Shown: in pieces, positions 20,701 to 31,079 of the stretch
How the letters are laid out: each line of letters opens with the position of its first letter
How positions within the stretch are numbered: the stretch's first letter is position 1
Source: an uncultured Alphaproteobacteria bacterium
Lineage (GTDB): Bacteria; Pseudomonadota; Alphaproteobacteria; Acetobacterales; Acetobacteraceae
Assembly (NCBI GenBank): GCA_963792345.1
Contig: CAWBVV010000003.1
Coordinates: 302,205-366,204 of the forward strand
DNA length: 64,000 nt
Direction of reading: 5' to 3'
The notes under the pieces: generated by a model
The model's input: only the letters and a program-made list of their open reading frames with translations
Database searches by the model: none
Told to the model about the DNA's origin: nothing
Made by a program: the position numbers and the translations under genes

Positions 20701-21005
20701 GGGCGGCCCTTTAGCAGTTCATCCGGGCCGGGTCACGTATAGTGCGGCCGCGTGCCGCGAGTCACGTATGGTGCGGCCGCCTGCCGCGGCGGTGCCGAAC
20801 CGGGCGGGTGGGTCTGGCGTTGACGATGAACACCATCCAGCCGACGGAGTTTCGAAATGGCCATCGAACCGCAACCGCTTCCGCCCGAGCTTCCGGGGCC
20901 GGGGCAGGATATTCCCCCCGCGGAGGTGCCGATGCCGACGGACCCGGCTCCGACGCCCGATTTTCCGCCGCAGGCTTGAGCGGCGGGAAGCCTCGCGGCG
21001 CGTAC

Positions 21006-22613
21006 CTATCGTAGCCGGAAACGCTGGATCTTGCCGGTCGCCGTCTTCGGCAAGGCCTGCACGAACACGATCGATCGTGGATATTTGTAGGGCGCGATGA
21101 CCGCCTTCACGTGGTTCTGCAGGCGCAGGCAGGTGGCCTCCCCGGGCGCCACCTCATCCACCAGGACGACGTGAGCCTGCACGATCTGCCCGCGCTCGGG
21201 ATCGGGGATGCCGATCACGGCACATTCCTTGACCTCGGCGGCGGACAGCAGGGCGGCTTCCACCTCGGGACCGGCGATGTTGTAGCCGGCTGAAATGATC
21301 ATGTCGTCGGACCTTGCGGCGAAGTGGAAGGCGCCGGCATCGTCCTGGGTGAATGAGTCCCCGGTCAGGTTCCAGCCGTTGCGGACATAGGTCCGTTGGC
21401 GTTCATCCGCGAGGTAGCGGCAACCGGTAGGGCCGCGCACCGCGAGATGGCCGATCGTGCCACGCGGGAGTTCGTTCATGTCGTCGTCGACGATCCGAGC
21501 CTGGTAGGACGTGACGGGGCGGCCGGTGGTGGCCGGGGCGAGGTCGCCGATGCGGTTGGTGATGAAGATGTGCAGCATCTCGGTCGAGCCGATGCCGTCG
21601 AGGATCGGTTTGCCGGTCTTGCGGACCCATTCCTCGAAGATCGGGGCGGGAAGGGTTTCACCGGCGGACACGGCGATGCGCAGGGAGGACAGGTCGGCCC
21701 CTTCATCCATGGCGTGCAGCATGGCGCGATAGGCGGTGGGCGCGGTGAAGCTGATGGTGGCCCGGTAGGTCTGGATGATCTCGATCATGTTCGGCGGGGA
21801 GGCATGCTCCAGCAGCGTGGCGGCGGCGCCGAAGCGGAGGGGGAAGATCGCCAGGCCACCGAGCCCGAAGGTGAAGGCGAGGGGAGGGGAACCGACGAAG
21901 ACGTCCTCGGGCGTGACCGCGAGCACTTCCTTCGCATAGGCGTCGGCGATGATCAGCAGGTCACGGTGGAAATGCATGGTCGCCTTGGGCTCACCGGTGG
22001 TGCCGGAGGTGAAGCCCAGCAGAGCCACGTCGTCCCGGCCGGTGTTGACGGCTTCGAAGCGGACCGGTTTGCCGAGAGCCACGCGGTCGAGTTCGGCGTC
22101 GTGGTTGGCGGTGCCGTCGAAGCCGACGACGGTCTTCAGGAACGCGCTTTGCTTGGCACAGAGGACGAGTTCGTCCATCAGGCGCGTGTCGCACAAGGCG
22201 AGGGAGATTTCGGCCTTGTCGACGATCTTTGCCAGTTCACCGGCGCGCAGCATGGGCATGGTGTTGACGACGACGGCGCCGGCCTTGGTCGCGGCCAGCC
22301 AGCAGGCGACCATGGCCGGATTGTTGGCGGAGCGGATCAGCACGCGGTTGCCGGGGATCACGCCGTAGTCCTCGACCAGGGCGCGGGCGATGCGGTTGGT
22401 CCAGTCGGTCAGTTCCTTGTAGGTGCGGTGGCGGCCGTTGCCGATGAGGGCGGTGTTGTCGCCGAAGCCTTTGCGGACCATGGCGTCGGTGAATTCCACC
22501 GCGGCATTCAGGCGTTCGGGGTAGGGGAAGTTGTCGAGGAGAAGGTCGGGCCACTGATCCTGGGGCGGCAGGCGGTCGCGGGTGAAGGTGTCCAGATGCG
22601 CCGAGGGTCCCAT
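21006..22613 (-). CDS. Aryl-CoA ligase (2-aminobenzoate/benzoate-CoA ligase family); start may extend to 22688
   Basis: SAHLDTFTRDRLPP, FTSGTTGEPK, DGIGSTE, PYKYPR, LPKTATGKIQR. Confidence 0.92.
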   Translation of the reverse strand: MGPSAHLDTFTRDRLPPQDQWPDLLLDNFPYPERLNAAVEFTDAMVRKGFGDNTALIGNGRHRTYKELTDWTNRIARALVEDYGVIPGNRVLIRSANNPAMVACWLAATKAGAVVVNTMPMLRAGELAKIVDKAEISLALCDTRLMDELVLCAKQSAFLKTVVGFDGTANHDAELDRVALGKPVRFEAVNTGRDDVALLGFTSGTTGEPKATMHFHRDLLIIADAYAKEVLAVTPEDVFVGSPPLAFTFGLGGLAIFPLRFGAAATLLEHASPPNMIEIIQTYRATISFTAPTAYRAMLHAMDEGADLSSLRIAVSAGETLPAPIFEEWVRKTGKPILDGIGSTEMLHIFITNRIGDLAPATTGRPVTSYQARIVDDDMNELPRGTIGHLAVRGPTGCRYLADERQRTYVRNGWNLTGDSFTQDDAGAFHFAARSDDMIISAGYNIAGPEVEAALLSAAEVKECAVIGIPDPERGQIVQAHVVLVDEVAPGEATCLRLQNHVKAVIAPYKYPRSIVFVQALPKTATGKIQRFRLR

Positions 22614-22628
22614 GGTGTTGGTTTTGCT

Positions 22629-22700
22629 CTGGGCTTCCATCGGGGCTTCTATCGGGGCTTCCATCGAGGCTTCCATCTGGGCTTCCATCGGGGCTCCACC
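22629..22700. repeat. 12-bp tandem repeat, 6 copies (MEAQ/MEAS/MEAP on minus strand)
   Basis: CNGGGCTTCCAT-like units in frame with the CoA ligase. Confidence 0.9.
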
Positions 22701-22841
22701 AGGCCGTCCACGGCTGCCGAGGCGAGGCGCCGGGCTTGTCCGCGGGAAAATGCAGGACGTATAACACATCAACCCGGGGGCCGTGTCAGCAATGCAGTTT
22801 GCCGGCGAACAGAGCCCCTGTGACATGGAGACGTACCCGCG

Positions 22842-24530
22842 ATGACCACCACCACCGTTGCACGCCTGCTCGCCGACAGTCTTGAGGCCCATGACGTGGA
22901 CCAGATCTTCTGCGTGCCCGGTGAGAGTTACGTCGGCCTGACCAGCGTGCTGAGTGAGCGGAACTCGATCCGGATGATCGTGTGCCGGCATGAAGGCGGG
23001 GCGGGGTTCATGGCGGTGGCTGACGGGCGGCTGCGCAACCGGGCAGGGGTCTGCATCGTCTCGCGCGGGCCGGGGCTGTCGAACGCGATGGTGTCGCTGC
23101 ACTCGGCGTTTCATGACGCGACGCCGATGGTGATGATGGTCGGGCAGGTGGAGCGCAAGGATTTTGGCCGGCTGGCGCTGCAGGAGCAGAATTACTCGAA
23201 GTTGCTGTCCGACGTCACCAAGAGCGTGATCGAGGTGAATGAGCCGGAACAGGCTTCGGAGGCGATTGCCCGGGCGTTTCATGTGGCTGAGAGCGGCACG
23301 CCGGGGCCGGTGGCGGTGATCCTGCCGGAAGACATTTTCGATGAATCGACCGATGCGGAGTTGAATCAGCCGCGGCCCAGGGTTGTGGCGGGACCCCGGA
23401 CGCAGGACCTGGAACGGCTGGCGGAGATGTTGGCGAAGTCCGAGCGGCCATTGGTTCTGGCGGGCGGGGCGCTGCTGGCGGACAGCCTGCATGACAACGC
23501 GGTCTATGCCGATTTGCGGCGGTTGTCCGAGGAATGGGTGCTGCCGATCAACCCCACGCACCGTCGGCCTCAGTTGTTCGACGCGCGGCATCCGAATTAC
23601 GGCGGGTACATGGGTATCCGGGTGCCTCCGGCGCTGATTGGCGAGATGAAGAAGGCTGACCTGATCGTGGCGCTGGGGGAGCGGCTGACCGATACGGTGA
23701 CGCAGTCCTACACGTTCCCCGCGGCGCCGCAGCCGCAGCTTCCGGTGGTGCATATCTGGCCGGATCCGAACGAGGTGGGACGGGTCTGGCGGGTTGACCT
23801 TGGCATGCCGTGTGATGCGCATGAGGTGATCAAGGGGCTGCTGGCGCGAAAGACCCCCGCTGACGCGGCCAAGCGGCGCGGCTGGGTGGACGGGCTGCAC
23901 AAGATCCACCTGTCGCTGCTGGAAAAGACCTGGGAGCCGACGACCGACGGGATCAATTTCGCCGCGATTGTCTGCGAGATTGACAAGCACCTGGCCGATG
24001 ATGCGGTGATCACCTCGGACGCGGGCAATTTCGGATCGTATCTGCACCGGTATATCGGGTTCAAGCCGGGGCAGGAGTTCCTGTCTTCGGTGGTGGGGGC
24101 GATGGGGTCGGGAATGCCGATGGCGGTGGCGGGGTGCCTGCGGCGTCCCGGCAAGCAGGTGGTGGCGTTCATGGGCGATGGCGGGGCGCTGATGATGGGC
24201 AACGAGATTGCCACGGCCTGCCAGTATGGCGGCAACCCGATCGTCATCATCTCCGATAATTCCATGTATGGGACGATTGGGATGCATTCGTATGTGCGTT
24301 ATCCGGAGCGCAAGTTCATGGAGGCGACGCGGCTGACCAATCCGGACTTCGCGGCGTGGGGACGGTCGTTCGGGGCCGAGGGGATCACGATCCGGGAAGA
24401 GTTCGAGGTCGCGGACGGGATCGCGCGGGCATTCGCGGTGAAGACCAAGCCGGTGGTGGTGCACTGCCTGACCTCGGCGGTGCAGATGAGCGCGTGGCGG
24501 CGGTTCCAGAACGGGGCGACGCTGCCGTAG
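22842..24530 (+). CDS. Thiamine-diphosphate-dependent enzyme (acetolactate synthase-like)
   Basis: FCVPGESY, RHEGGAGFMA, GDGGALM...NSMYG ThDP motif. Confidence 0.92.
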   Translation: MTTTTVARLLADSLEAHDVDQIFCVPGESYVGLTSVLSERNSIRMIVCRHEGGAGFMAVADGRLRNRAGVCIVSRGPGLSNAMVSLHSAFHDATPMVMMVGQVERKDFGRLALQEQNYSKLLSDVTKSVIEVNEPEQASEAIARAFHVAESGTPGPVAVILPEDIFDESTDAELNQPRPRVVAGPRTQDLERLAEMLAKSERPLVLAGGALLADSLHDNAVYADLRRLSEEWVLPINPTHRRPQLFDARHPNYGGYMGIRVPPALIGEMKKADLIVALGERLTDTVTQSYTFPAAPQPQLPVVHIWPDPNEVGRVWRVDLGMPCDAHEVIKGLLARKTPADAAKRRGWVDGLHKIHLSLLEKTWEPTTDGINFAAIVCEIDKHLADDAVITSDAGNFGSYLHRYIGFKPGQEFLSSVVGAMGSGMPMAVAGCLRRPGKQVVAFMGDGGALMMGNEIATACQYGGNPIVIISDNSMYGTIGMHSYVRYPERKFMEATRLTNPDFAAWGRSFGAEGITIREEFEVADGIARAFAVKTKPVVVHCLTSAVQMSAWRRFQNGATLP

Positions 24531-24811
24531 CGGAGGCGTTGGGCTGGCGCCGTGCTGGCTACGGTGCCGCCTTTGGAGTTGGGAGCGGCGAGGCTTTTGC
24601 GCGCAGGGGAAGCCATGATGTCGCCGCGGTGTTGTCCAGGCGTGGCCCGTGAACATCCGTAAGATGTCCCGCTGCCACCACTTTGGCGACGGCCGCATCG
24701 TGGTGGTTCAATGGAATTCGCTTCGCTGCCATGCGCGTTGTGGCCGGGCATGGTTGACGGGCGGCATCACACCTATATTGCTGCGTCAAACAAGCTGAGG
24801 ATCGGGCTATC

Positions 24812-25786
24812 ATGGCTGATACCACCACCCAGGTGCCGGTGACGGTGCTGACCGGCTATCTCGGCGCCGGCAAGACGACTTTGCTCAACCGCATCCTGAC
24901 GGAGAACCACGGGCGCAAATATGCCGTGGTCATCAATGAGTTCGGGGAGCTTGGCGTCGACAACGACCTCGTCGTGGACAGCGATGAGGAAGTTTTCGAG
25001 ATGAACAATGGCTGCATCTGTTGCACGGTGCGGGGCGACCTGATCCGGATCGTCGGCGGGCTGATGAAGCGGCGGGACAAGTTCGACGGCATCATCATCG
25101 AGACGACCGGGCTGGCGAACCCCGCGCCGGTGGCGCAGACGTTCTTTGTCGATGACAACGTCAAGGCGAAGACCCGGCTGGATGCGATCGTCACCGTGGT
25201 CGATGCCAAGCACCTGCCGGCGCGGCTGGCGGACAGCCACGAGGCGGCGGACCAGATCGCGTTCGCCGACGTTATCGTGCTGAACAAGACGGATCTGGTG
25301 ACGCCGGAGGAACTGAACGCGGTGGAAGCGACGATCCGCGGGATCAACCGCTTTGCCATCATCCACCGGACGCAGCGGGCGGAACTGCCGATCGCCGACG
25401 TGCTGGACCGGGGGGCGTTCGACCTGTCTCGCATACTCGCGCTGCATCCGGATTTCCTCGACGGCGATGACGACCATGAGCACAACGAGGATGTTTCCTC
25501 CATGAGCTTCGAGGTCGAGAAGCCGATCGACCCGGAGAAGTTCAATGCCTGGATCGGGGTGCTGTTGCAGGACAAGGGGGCGGATCTGCTGCGCACGAAG
25601 GGCATTCTTTATTATGCCAACGAGGACCGGCGGTTCGCCTTCCAGGCGGTGCACATGATCGCGGACGGGGATTTCATCGGGCCGGCGAAGGGGGACGCGC
25701 CCCGGACTAGCCGCTTGGTGTTCATTGGCCGCAACCTGAACCGCCCGCAGTTGCGGCGCGGTTTCGAAAGCTGCGCGGCGGACTGA
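24812..25786 (+). CDS. COG0523/CobW-family GTPase metallochaperone
   Basis: LTGYLGAGKTT, NEFGE, GCICC, ETTGLA, NKTD. Confidence 0.96.
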   Translation: MADTTTQVPVTVLTGYLGAGKTTLLNRILTENHGRKYAVVINEFGELGVDNDLVVDSDEEVFEMNNGCICCTVRGDLIRIVGGLMKRRDKFDGIIIETTGLANPAPVAQTFFVDDNVKAKTRLDAIVTVVDAKHLPARLADSHEAADQIAFADVIVLNKTDLVTPEELNAVEATIRGINRFAIIHRTQRAELPIADVLDRGAFDLSRILALHPDFLDGDDDHEHNEDVSSMSFEVEKPIDPEKFNAWIGVLLQDKGADLLRTKGILYYANEDRRFAFQAVHMIADGDFIGPAKGDAPRTSRLVFIGRNLNRPQLRRGFESCAAD

Positions 25787-25793
25787 GCGAGCC

Positions 25794-26855
25794 ATGAGCC
25801 AGTCAACCGAAGCCGACTTTCTGTTAAAGTCCCGCGGCGTGTCCCGCGATCTGGAGGCGTTCGTGGTGGCCGCCCGTTTCTCCCGGGATGGCAGGCGCGC
25901 GGGTTTCGCGCTTGGCGACGGCACGGTTCGGCTGGTGAGTGTCGGGGCGGCGGATGACTGGGTCTCCGCCACCGTTCATGACGGGGCGATCCTGGATTTC
26001 GCGGCCGACCCGGCGGGCGATGGCTTCATCTCCGGCGGCGACGACGGGCGGCTGAACCGGGTCGCCGGCGATGCCAGCGTCTCGAAGCTGGGCGATTTCG
26101 GGATGAAGTGGGTGGAGCATGTCGCCACTTTCGCGCTCGAGCCATCGCGCGCGCAGGGGGGCAAGGGGCTGATCGCGGCGAGTGCCGGTAAATTGGTGAA
26201 GCTGTTCGACCAATCGGGCCGGGTGCTGAAGGAGTTGACGCATCCGTCGACGGTCACCGGGTTGGTGTTCGACGGGAAGGGCAAACGGATCGGGGCGTCG
26301 CATTACAATGGCGCCTCGCTGTGGTTCGTGGCGGCGAAGACCGACACGCCTCGGAACCTGGAGTGGAAGGGCAGCCATACCGGCATCCTGATCCATCCCG
26401 AGGGCGAGGCGGTGGTGACCGCGATGCAGGAGAACGCGCTGCATGGCTGGAAACTGCCCGATGGCCAGCACATGCGCATGAGCGGCTATCCGGCCAAGAC
26501 CACCAGCCTGTCGTTTAGCCGCAACGGCAAATGGATGGCCAGCAGCGGCGCCGATGCGATGGTGCTGTGGCCGTTCTTCGGCGGGGGGCCCATGGGCAAG
26601 GCACCGCTGGAACTGGCCGGCGGTGATGGGATCATCTGCACCCAGGTTGCGTGCAATCCAAAGGATGAGATCGTGGCGGGCGGTTTCACCGACGGGCTGG
26701 TCGTGGTGGCGGATATCACCTCGTCGCGGATCCTGCCGGTGGTGCCGCCGGATCATGGGTCGATCAGCACCCTGGCCTGGAGCCCGGATGGCACGCAACT
26801 GGCCATTGGCACCGAGACCGGGTTTGCTGCGCTGGTCGATTTCGCCCGGCGTTGA
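25794..26855 (+). CDS. WD40-repeat protein, co-transcribed with the COG0523 gene
   Basis: Repeats ISGGDDG, LSFSRNGKWMASSG, LAWSPDGTQLA. Confidence 0.9.
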   Translation: MSQSTEADFLLKSRGVSRDLEAFVVAARFSRDGRRAGFALGDGTVRLVSVGAADDWVSATVHDGAILDFAADPAGDGFISGGDDGRLNRVAGDASVSKLGDFGMKWVEHVATFALEPSRAQGGKGLIAASAGKLVKLFDQSGRVLKELTHPSTVTGLVFDGKGKRIGASHYNGASLWFVAAKTDTPRNLEWKGSHTGILIHPEGEAVVTAMQENALHGWKLPDGQHMRMSGYPAKTTSLSFSRNGKWMASSGADAMVLWPFFGGGPMGKAPLELAGGDGIICTQVACNPKDEIVAGGFTDGLVVVADITSSRILPVVPPDHGSISTLAWSPDGTQLAIGTETGFAALVDFARR

Positions 26856-26884
26856 CATGAGCGGCGCCAACCAAGGAGGCGGGC

Positions 26885-27370
26885 GTGGGTCCGGGCTTTA
26901 AGGTCCGTCCAGCGGCAGCGCATGAGATGGCGGCTGTGGCGCGGCTGTTCCGGGAGTACGCCGGTGCGCTGGGCGTGGATCTCGGGTTTCAGCGGTTCGA
27001 GGCGGAATTGGCGGGACTGCCGGGGCGTGACGCTCCTCCCGACGGCGTCTTGCTGGTGGCGATTTCCCCGGATGGCGATGCGGTGGGGTGCGTGGCGGTG
27101 CGCAAGCTGTCCGAGACGGGCAGTTGCGAGATGAAGCGCCTGCACGTGGCACCCGCCGTTCGCAAGGCGGGCGTTGGGCGGGCGCTTGCGATGTCGGCCA
27201 TCGAGGCTGCCGGCAAGGCGGGGTATCGGGCAATGCGGCTGGATACACTGCCGGGCATGGAGGCGGCTCAGGCGCTTTACCGCAGCCTGGGATTTGAAAC
27301 GACGCCCGCCTATTACGAGACGCCGGTGTCCGGAACGATCTTCATGCGCCGCGAGCTTGCGGCAGGCTGA
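26885..27370 (+). CDS. GNAT N-acetyltransferase
   Basis: CEMKRLHV, RKAGVGRAL, MRLDTL, LYRSLGF. Confidence 0.92.
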   Translation: MGPGFKVRPAAAHEMAAVARLFREYAGALGVDLGFQRFEAELAGLPGRDAPPDGVLLVAISPDGDAVGCVAVRKLSETGSCEMKRLHVAPAVRKAGVGRALAMSAIEAAGKAGYRAMRLDTLPGMEAAQALYRSLGFETTPAYYETPVSGTIFMRRELAAG

Positions 27371-27457
27371 GTGGGCTGCACGCCGGAGCGGGTGCTACTC
27401 CGGGCACATCGCGGCAGTGTTGATTAACGTGGTTGGATCCCCGCGCGGTATTCTTGC

Positions 27458-28567
27458 TTGACTGAAGGCGGCTTGCTTGAAGCCCGTGCAAGGAGACATC
27501 TGATGGCCGTGGCACCCGACGGCGCCCTGTTGGACTGGGCGTCTCAATTCACCGGACTTCCCCGCGCGGACCTCGAAGAGGGGTTCTCGCGGATTGGCAA
27601 TGCTTCCGGGGCTTCGGCTTCACCTCGGGCGGCCGGGTCGTCCACGCCGGGCAACGGAGCCGATGCGGGAGCGGACGCCGGGGCGGGGGCAGGCGCAGGG
27701 GCAGGGGCGGGGGCGGGGGCAGGCGCAGGGGGAGCCAAGGGCGGCCATGCGGCGAAGCAACATGGGCCTGTGAAGTCGGTTCCGGGCGACTCCGTCGGTA
27801 GCGACATGCGCGCTTTCGAGGAGAGGTTTGCCCGGGTCACCGGCCAGATCATGCATACGGTTGAAATCAACGCCCTTCTGCTTGGCGCCGGCATCGAGTC
27901 CGCTTGTATCGACTTCAAGAACTACACGAACGAGAAGATCGAGAAGATGCGCCACGCCGAGGAGATGGACAAACTGGCGATGGAGATCCTTGGGATCTGC
28001 ACGACAGCGGTGTCCGGCGGGTTTGCCGCCTTCATGATCGAGGGCGAGATTGCCCACGAGGTTTTCAAGACGCTCGCCGAGACGACGGTGAAGGTGGTGA
28101 CCGCGAAAGCCGCCCCGACGACCGCCGCCGGGTTTGACAAGTTCGTGGACGCGTTGATTTCGGGGGCCAAGCAGTCCGGGCATGACGCCGGCAGTGCAGC
28201 CATCGGCATTGTCCGGAGCAAGGTCGTTGCAGCTGAGAAAGCTGTCAAGGCGGCCAAGGAAAGTGGGATCAGTGTGTCGCAATCGAAGGAATACGGCTTC
28301 GTCGAGCATTTCCTGTTCGCCGATTCCAGCCGGTTCGATCGGCTTGTCGCCCGCTATGTCGGCATTCCGTCGCCGGAGATGGTCAACAAGGTCCAGATCA
28401 AGATGTCAGGCGACATGATCCAGAAGTTCGCCGAGAAATTCATTCGCGCAACCCGTGATCCGATCGAGGGCATCATCAATGATACGGCGGGGGAGGACTC
28501 CTTCCGGGTAGCCGCCGATGCGATGGGAAAGCTGAAGAAGAAGCACGGGTTCCATTACGAGGACTGA
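27458..28567 (+). CDS. Hypothetical protein with (GA)n linker and helical C-terminal domain
   Basis: Long ORF with coding-like codon usage, Lys/Glu/Ile-rich; start uncertain (TTG 27458 or ATG 27503). Confidence 0.7.
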   Translation: MTEGGLLEARARRHLMAVAPDGALLDWASQFTGLPRADLEEGFSRIGNASGASASPRAAGSSTPGNGADAGADAGAGAGAGAGAGAGAGAGGAKGGHAAKQHGPVKSVPGDSVGSDMRAFEERFARVTGQIMHTVEINALLLGAGIESACIDFKNYTNEKIEKMRHAEEMDKLAMEILGICTTAVSGGFAAFMIEGEIAHEVFKTLAETTVKVVTAKAAPTTAAGFDKFVDALISGAKQSGHDAGSAAIGIVRSKVVAAEKAVKAAKESGISVSQSKEYGFVEHFLFADSSRFDRLVARYVGIPSPEMVNKVQIKMSGDMIQKFAEKFIRATRDPIEGIINDTAGEDSFRVAADAMGKLKKKHGFHYED

Positions 28568-28609
28568 TTTTCTTCGGCCAGTGGGCGCACCCGCCGGGAT
28601 TGCGGTTGA

Positions 28610-29395
28610 CTACATGGTGTTCTGCATGTCGGCGTCGATGCTGATCGCCTGACCGCTGATCGTGCCGCCGAACGGACTGGCGAGATACAGCGCCATGTTG
28701 GCGATATCCTGTTGCGTGACGAAGCACTTCAGGCTCGTTGTCGCCACGGTCCGTTCGGTCATCTCATTCTCGGAGATCGAGGCCGCCGCGGCTTTTGCCT
28801 TGATCACCGCTCGGATTCTCGGTCCGTCGACCGGCCCGGGCAGGATCGCGTTCACGCGGATGCCGTCCTGGCCGAGTTCGATCGACAGCGATTTGGTGAA
28901 GCCGATCACGCCCCATTTCGCGGCGGCATAGGGGGCACGCAGCGCGAAGCCGAAACGTCCGGCCGCCGAGGACAGGTTGATGATCGCGCCGCCGCCATTG
29001 GCCCGCAGCGCCGGTATCGCGCGGCGCGACATGTGGAACATCGAGGCCACGTCGATCCGCAGCGTAGCGTCCAGGTCCTCGGGCGTGACGTGTTCGACCG
29101 GCGCGGTGGGACCGGCGATGCCGGCGTTGTTCAGCAGGACATCGAGGCCCCCGAGGGCTTTTACCGCGGCATCGATGAAGGCCTCGCACTGGGAGGGATC
29201 GCCCGCATCGGCCTTGGTGCCCTTGTGGCCGCAGGTCTCCAACGCTCGCTCATCCACGTCGCTTACGAAGACCTCCGCACCGCAATAGGCGAAGCTGTCG
29301 GCCATGACCTTGCCGATGCCGTTCGCTCCCGCCGAGATCGCTACCTTGTAGCCGGTCAGATCGACCGTGAGCGGCGTTTGTGATCCTGTAACCAT
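28610..29395 (-). CDS. SDR family oxidoreductase
   Basis: SAGANGIG, NNAGIAG, YAAAK. Confidence 0.93.
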   Translation of the reverse strand: MVTGSQTPLTVDLTGYKVAISAGANGIGKVMADSFAYCGAEVFVSDVDERALETCGHKGTKADAGDPSQCEAFIDAAVKALGGLDVLLNNAGIAGPTAPVEHVTPEDLDATLRIDVASMFHMSRRAIPALRANGGGAIINLSSAAGRFGFALRAPYAAAKWGVIGFTKSLSIELGQDGIRVNAILPGPVDGPRIRAVIKAKAAAASISENEMTERTVATTSLKCFVTQQDIANMALYLASPFGGTISGQAISIDADMQNTM

Positions 29396-29432
29396 CTTGG
29401 CTTCCTTAGCGTGGGGCATTCCTTAGCGTGGT

Positions 29433-29726
29433 TCAGCGTAGGGTGTTCACGACCTGCCGATAAGCCTCCTCGGGGAAGGCTTTCATTGATTCCGTGCGGA
29501 CATTGCCGAGTTTACCCAGAAGCAGTGAGAAGCGCGCGGCCACCGCGTCGTCCGGGGCGTCGTAGGTGATGATCAGGTCGTATTTTCCCAAGGTAATGAA
29601 CACGGACAGGAAGCGACCGCCCATCTCCTCCAGCGACTTGCGCGCCGTGTCGATGCGCTTGGGGCTTTCCTCGATGCTGCGTAACCCCTGGTCAGTCCAG
29701 TTAGCCAGCATGACATAATTTGGCAT
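29433..29726 (-). CDS. GYD domain protein
   Basis: MPNYVMLANWTDQG...LGKYDL...GNVRTESMKAF; GGAGG RBS. Confidence 0.88.
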   Translation of the reverse strand: MPNYVMLANWTDQGLRSIEESPKRIDTARKSLEEMGGRFLSVFITLGKYDLIITYDAPDDAVAARFSLLLGKLGNVRTESMKAFPEEAYRQVVNTLR

Positions 29727-29784
29727 CGCGACTATCCTCCCTGGAAGGCCTGATGAGACGACCGAACGGTGGGGATGGCAAGTC

Positions 29785-31012
29785 ATGATAACGCCAGAGG
29801 GCGCGCGCAATATCTCGTTTGTCGGCCACACCGACCAGGGCGGGCGTGGCGACGGCGTGCAGGTGATGGTCAGCCGCGGCCATGCCTATATCGGCACGCG
29901 GGTCAGCCGCGGCGTGATGGTCACCGACGTGCGCGACCCGCGCGATCCGAAGCCGGTCAACTTCATGCCGATCCACCCGAATTCCTGGTGCATGCATCTG
30001 CAAACGGCGAACGACCTGCTGCTATGCATCGAGGAACTGGACCTCAAGGCGCTGTTGTCGATCAAGGACTACTACGGTGGCTCGAACCAGGTTGATTTCG
30101 GCGCGCTATGGCAAGCGGGGCGAGGATTTCTCCGCCGGCATGCGCGTCTATGACATCTCGGACGCCGCCAACCCGCGTCCGATCGGCTTCATGGAGGTCG
30201 AGGGACTGGGGCTGCACCGCATCTGGTGGACCGGTGGGCGCTACGCCTATGCCTCGGCGCTGCTGGACGGGTTTCTCGACCATATCCTGATCACGATCGA
30301 CATGGCTGATCCGGCCCGGCCGCGAGAGGTTGGCCGCTGGTGGATCCCCGGCATGAACGTGGCGGCCGGGGAGACCGCGCATTGGACGGGGCGCTGGGCG
30401 CTGCATCACGCGGTGGTCGAGGACGACGTCGCCTATGCATCCTGGCGCAATGGCGGGCTGACAATTCTCGATGTGAAAGACCCGGCCAATCCTTCGCTGA
30501 TCTCGCACCGCAACTGGTGTCCGCCCTATGGCGGCGGCACGCACTCGGCGTTGCCGCTGCATGACCGCGACCTGCTGGTGGTGGCGGATGAGGCGACGCT
30601 GAACATCGACCAGGAGCAGATGAAGCGGACCTGGATTTTCGATATTCGGGAGAAATCAAATCCGGTTTCAATCGCAACGATGCCGACGCCGGCCGACCAG
30701 GACTACATCAAGATCGGTGGCCAGTTCGGGCCGCATAACCTGCATGAGAACAGGCCTGGGTCGTTCCGGTCGTCCAGCACCATCTTCGCGACCTGGCAGA
30801 GCGCGGGTGTGCGGGTGTTCGACATCGCCGATCCCTACCGGCCGGAGGAAACCGGATATTTTGTTCCGCCGCAGCCGACAAGGTGGATGGAGCCGCTGCG
30901 CGGACGCGCGAAGGTGCGCCACACGGCCGACCTGTTCGTCGCCGAGGATGGATTGATGTATGTGACCGATTACGATGCGGGACTTTATATCCTGCAATGG
31001 AATGGTGCGTAG
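29785..31012 (+). CDS. LVIVD-repeat beta-propeller protein (frameshift ~30095)
   Basis: GVMVTDVRDPRDP, GMRVYDISDAANP, GLTILDVKDPANP, FGPHNLHE. Confidence 0.88.
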
Positions 31013-31079
31013 CGCGATCGGCGCGTTCGGCGCGACCGGTGGGAATGTGGCGCGGGCATAACGAATGTCGGGGGAAACC

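Noticed and set aside
20742-21014. 90-aa ORF between yqaA and the CoA ligase
   Set aside because: Low-complexity Ala/Gly sequence with no RBS or recognisable motif.
21006-24698. 1230-aa ORF suggesting a giant fusion protein
   Set aside because: The N-terminal ~690 aa are the antisense shadow of the ThDP enzyme; only 21006-22613/22688 is a real CoA ligase.
24754-24779. TTGACG...CCTATATT promoter upstream of the COG0523 gene
   Set aside because: Spacing of 14 bp is short for sigma70 and the RpoH fit is imperfect; left uncalled.
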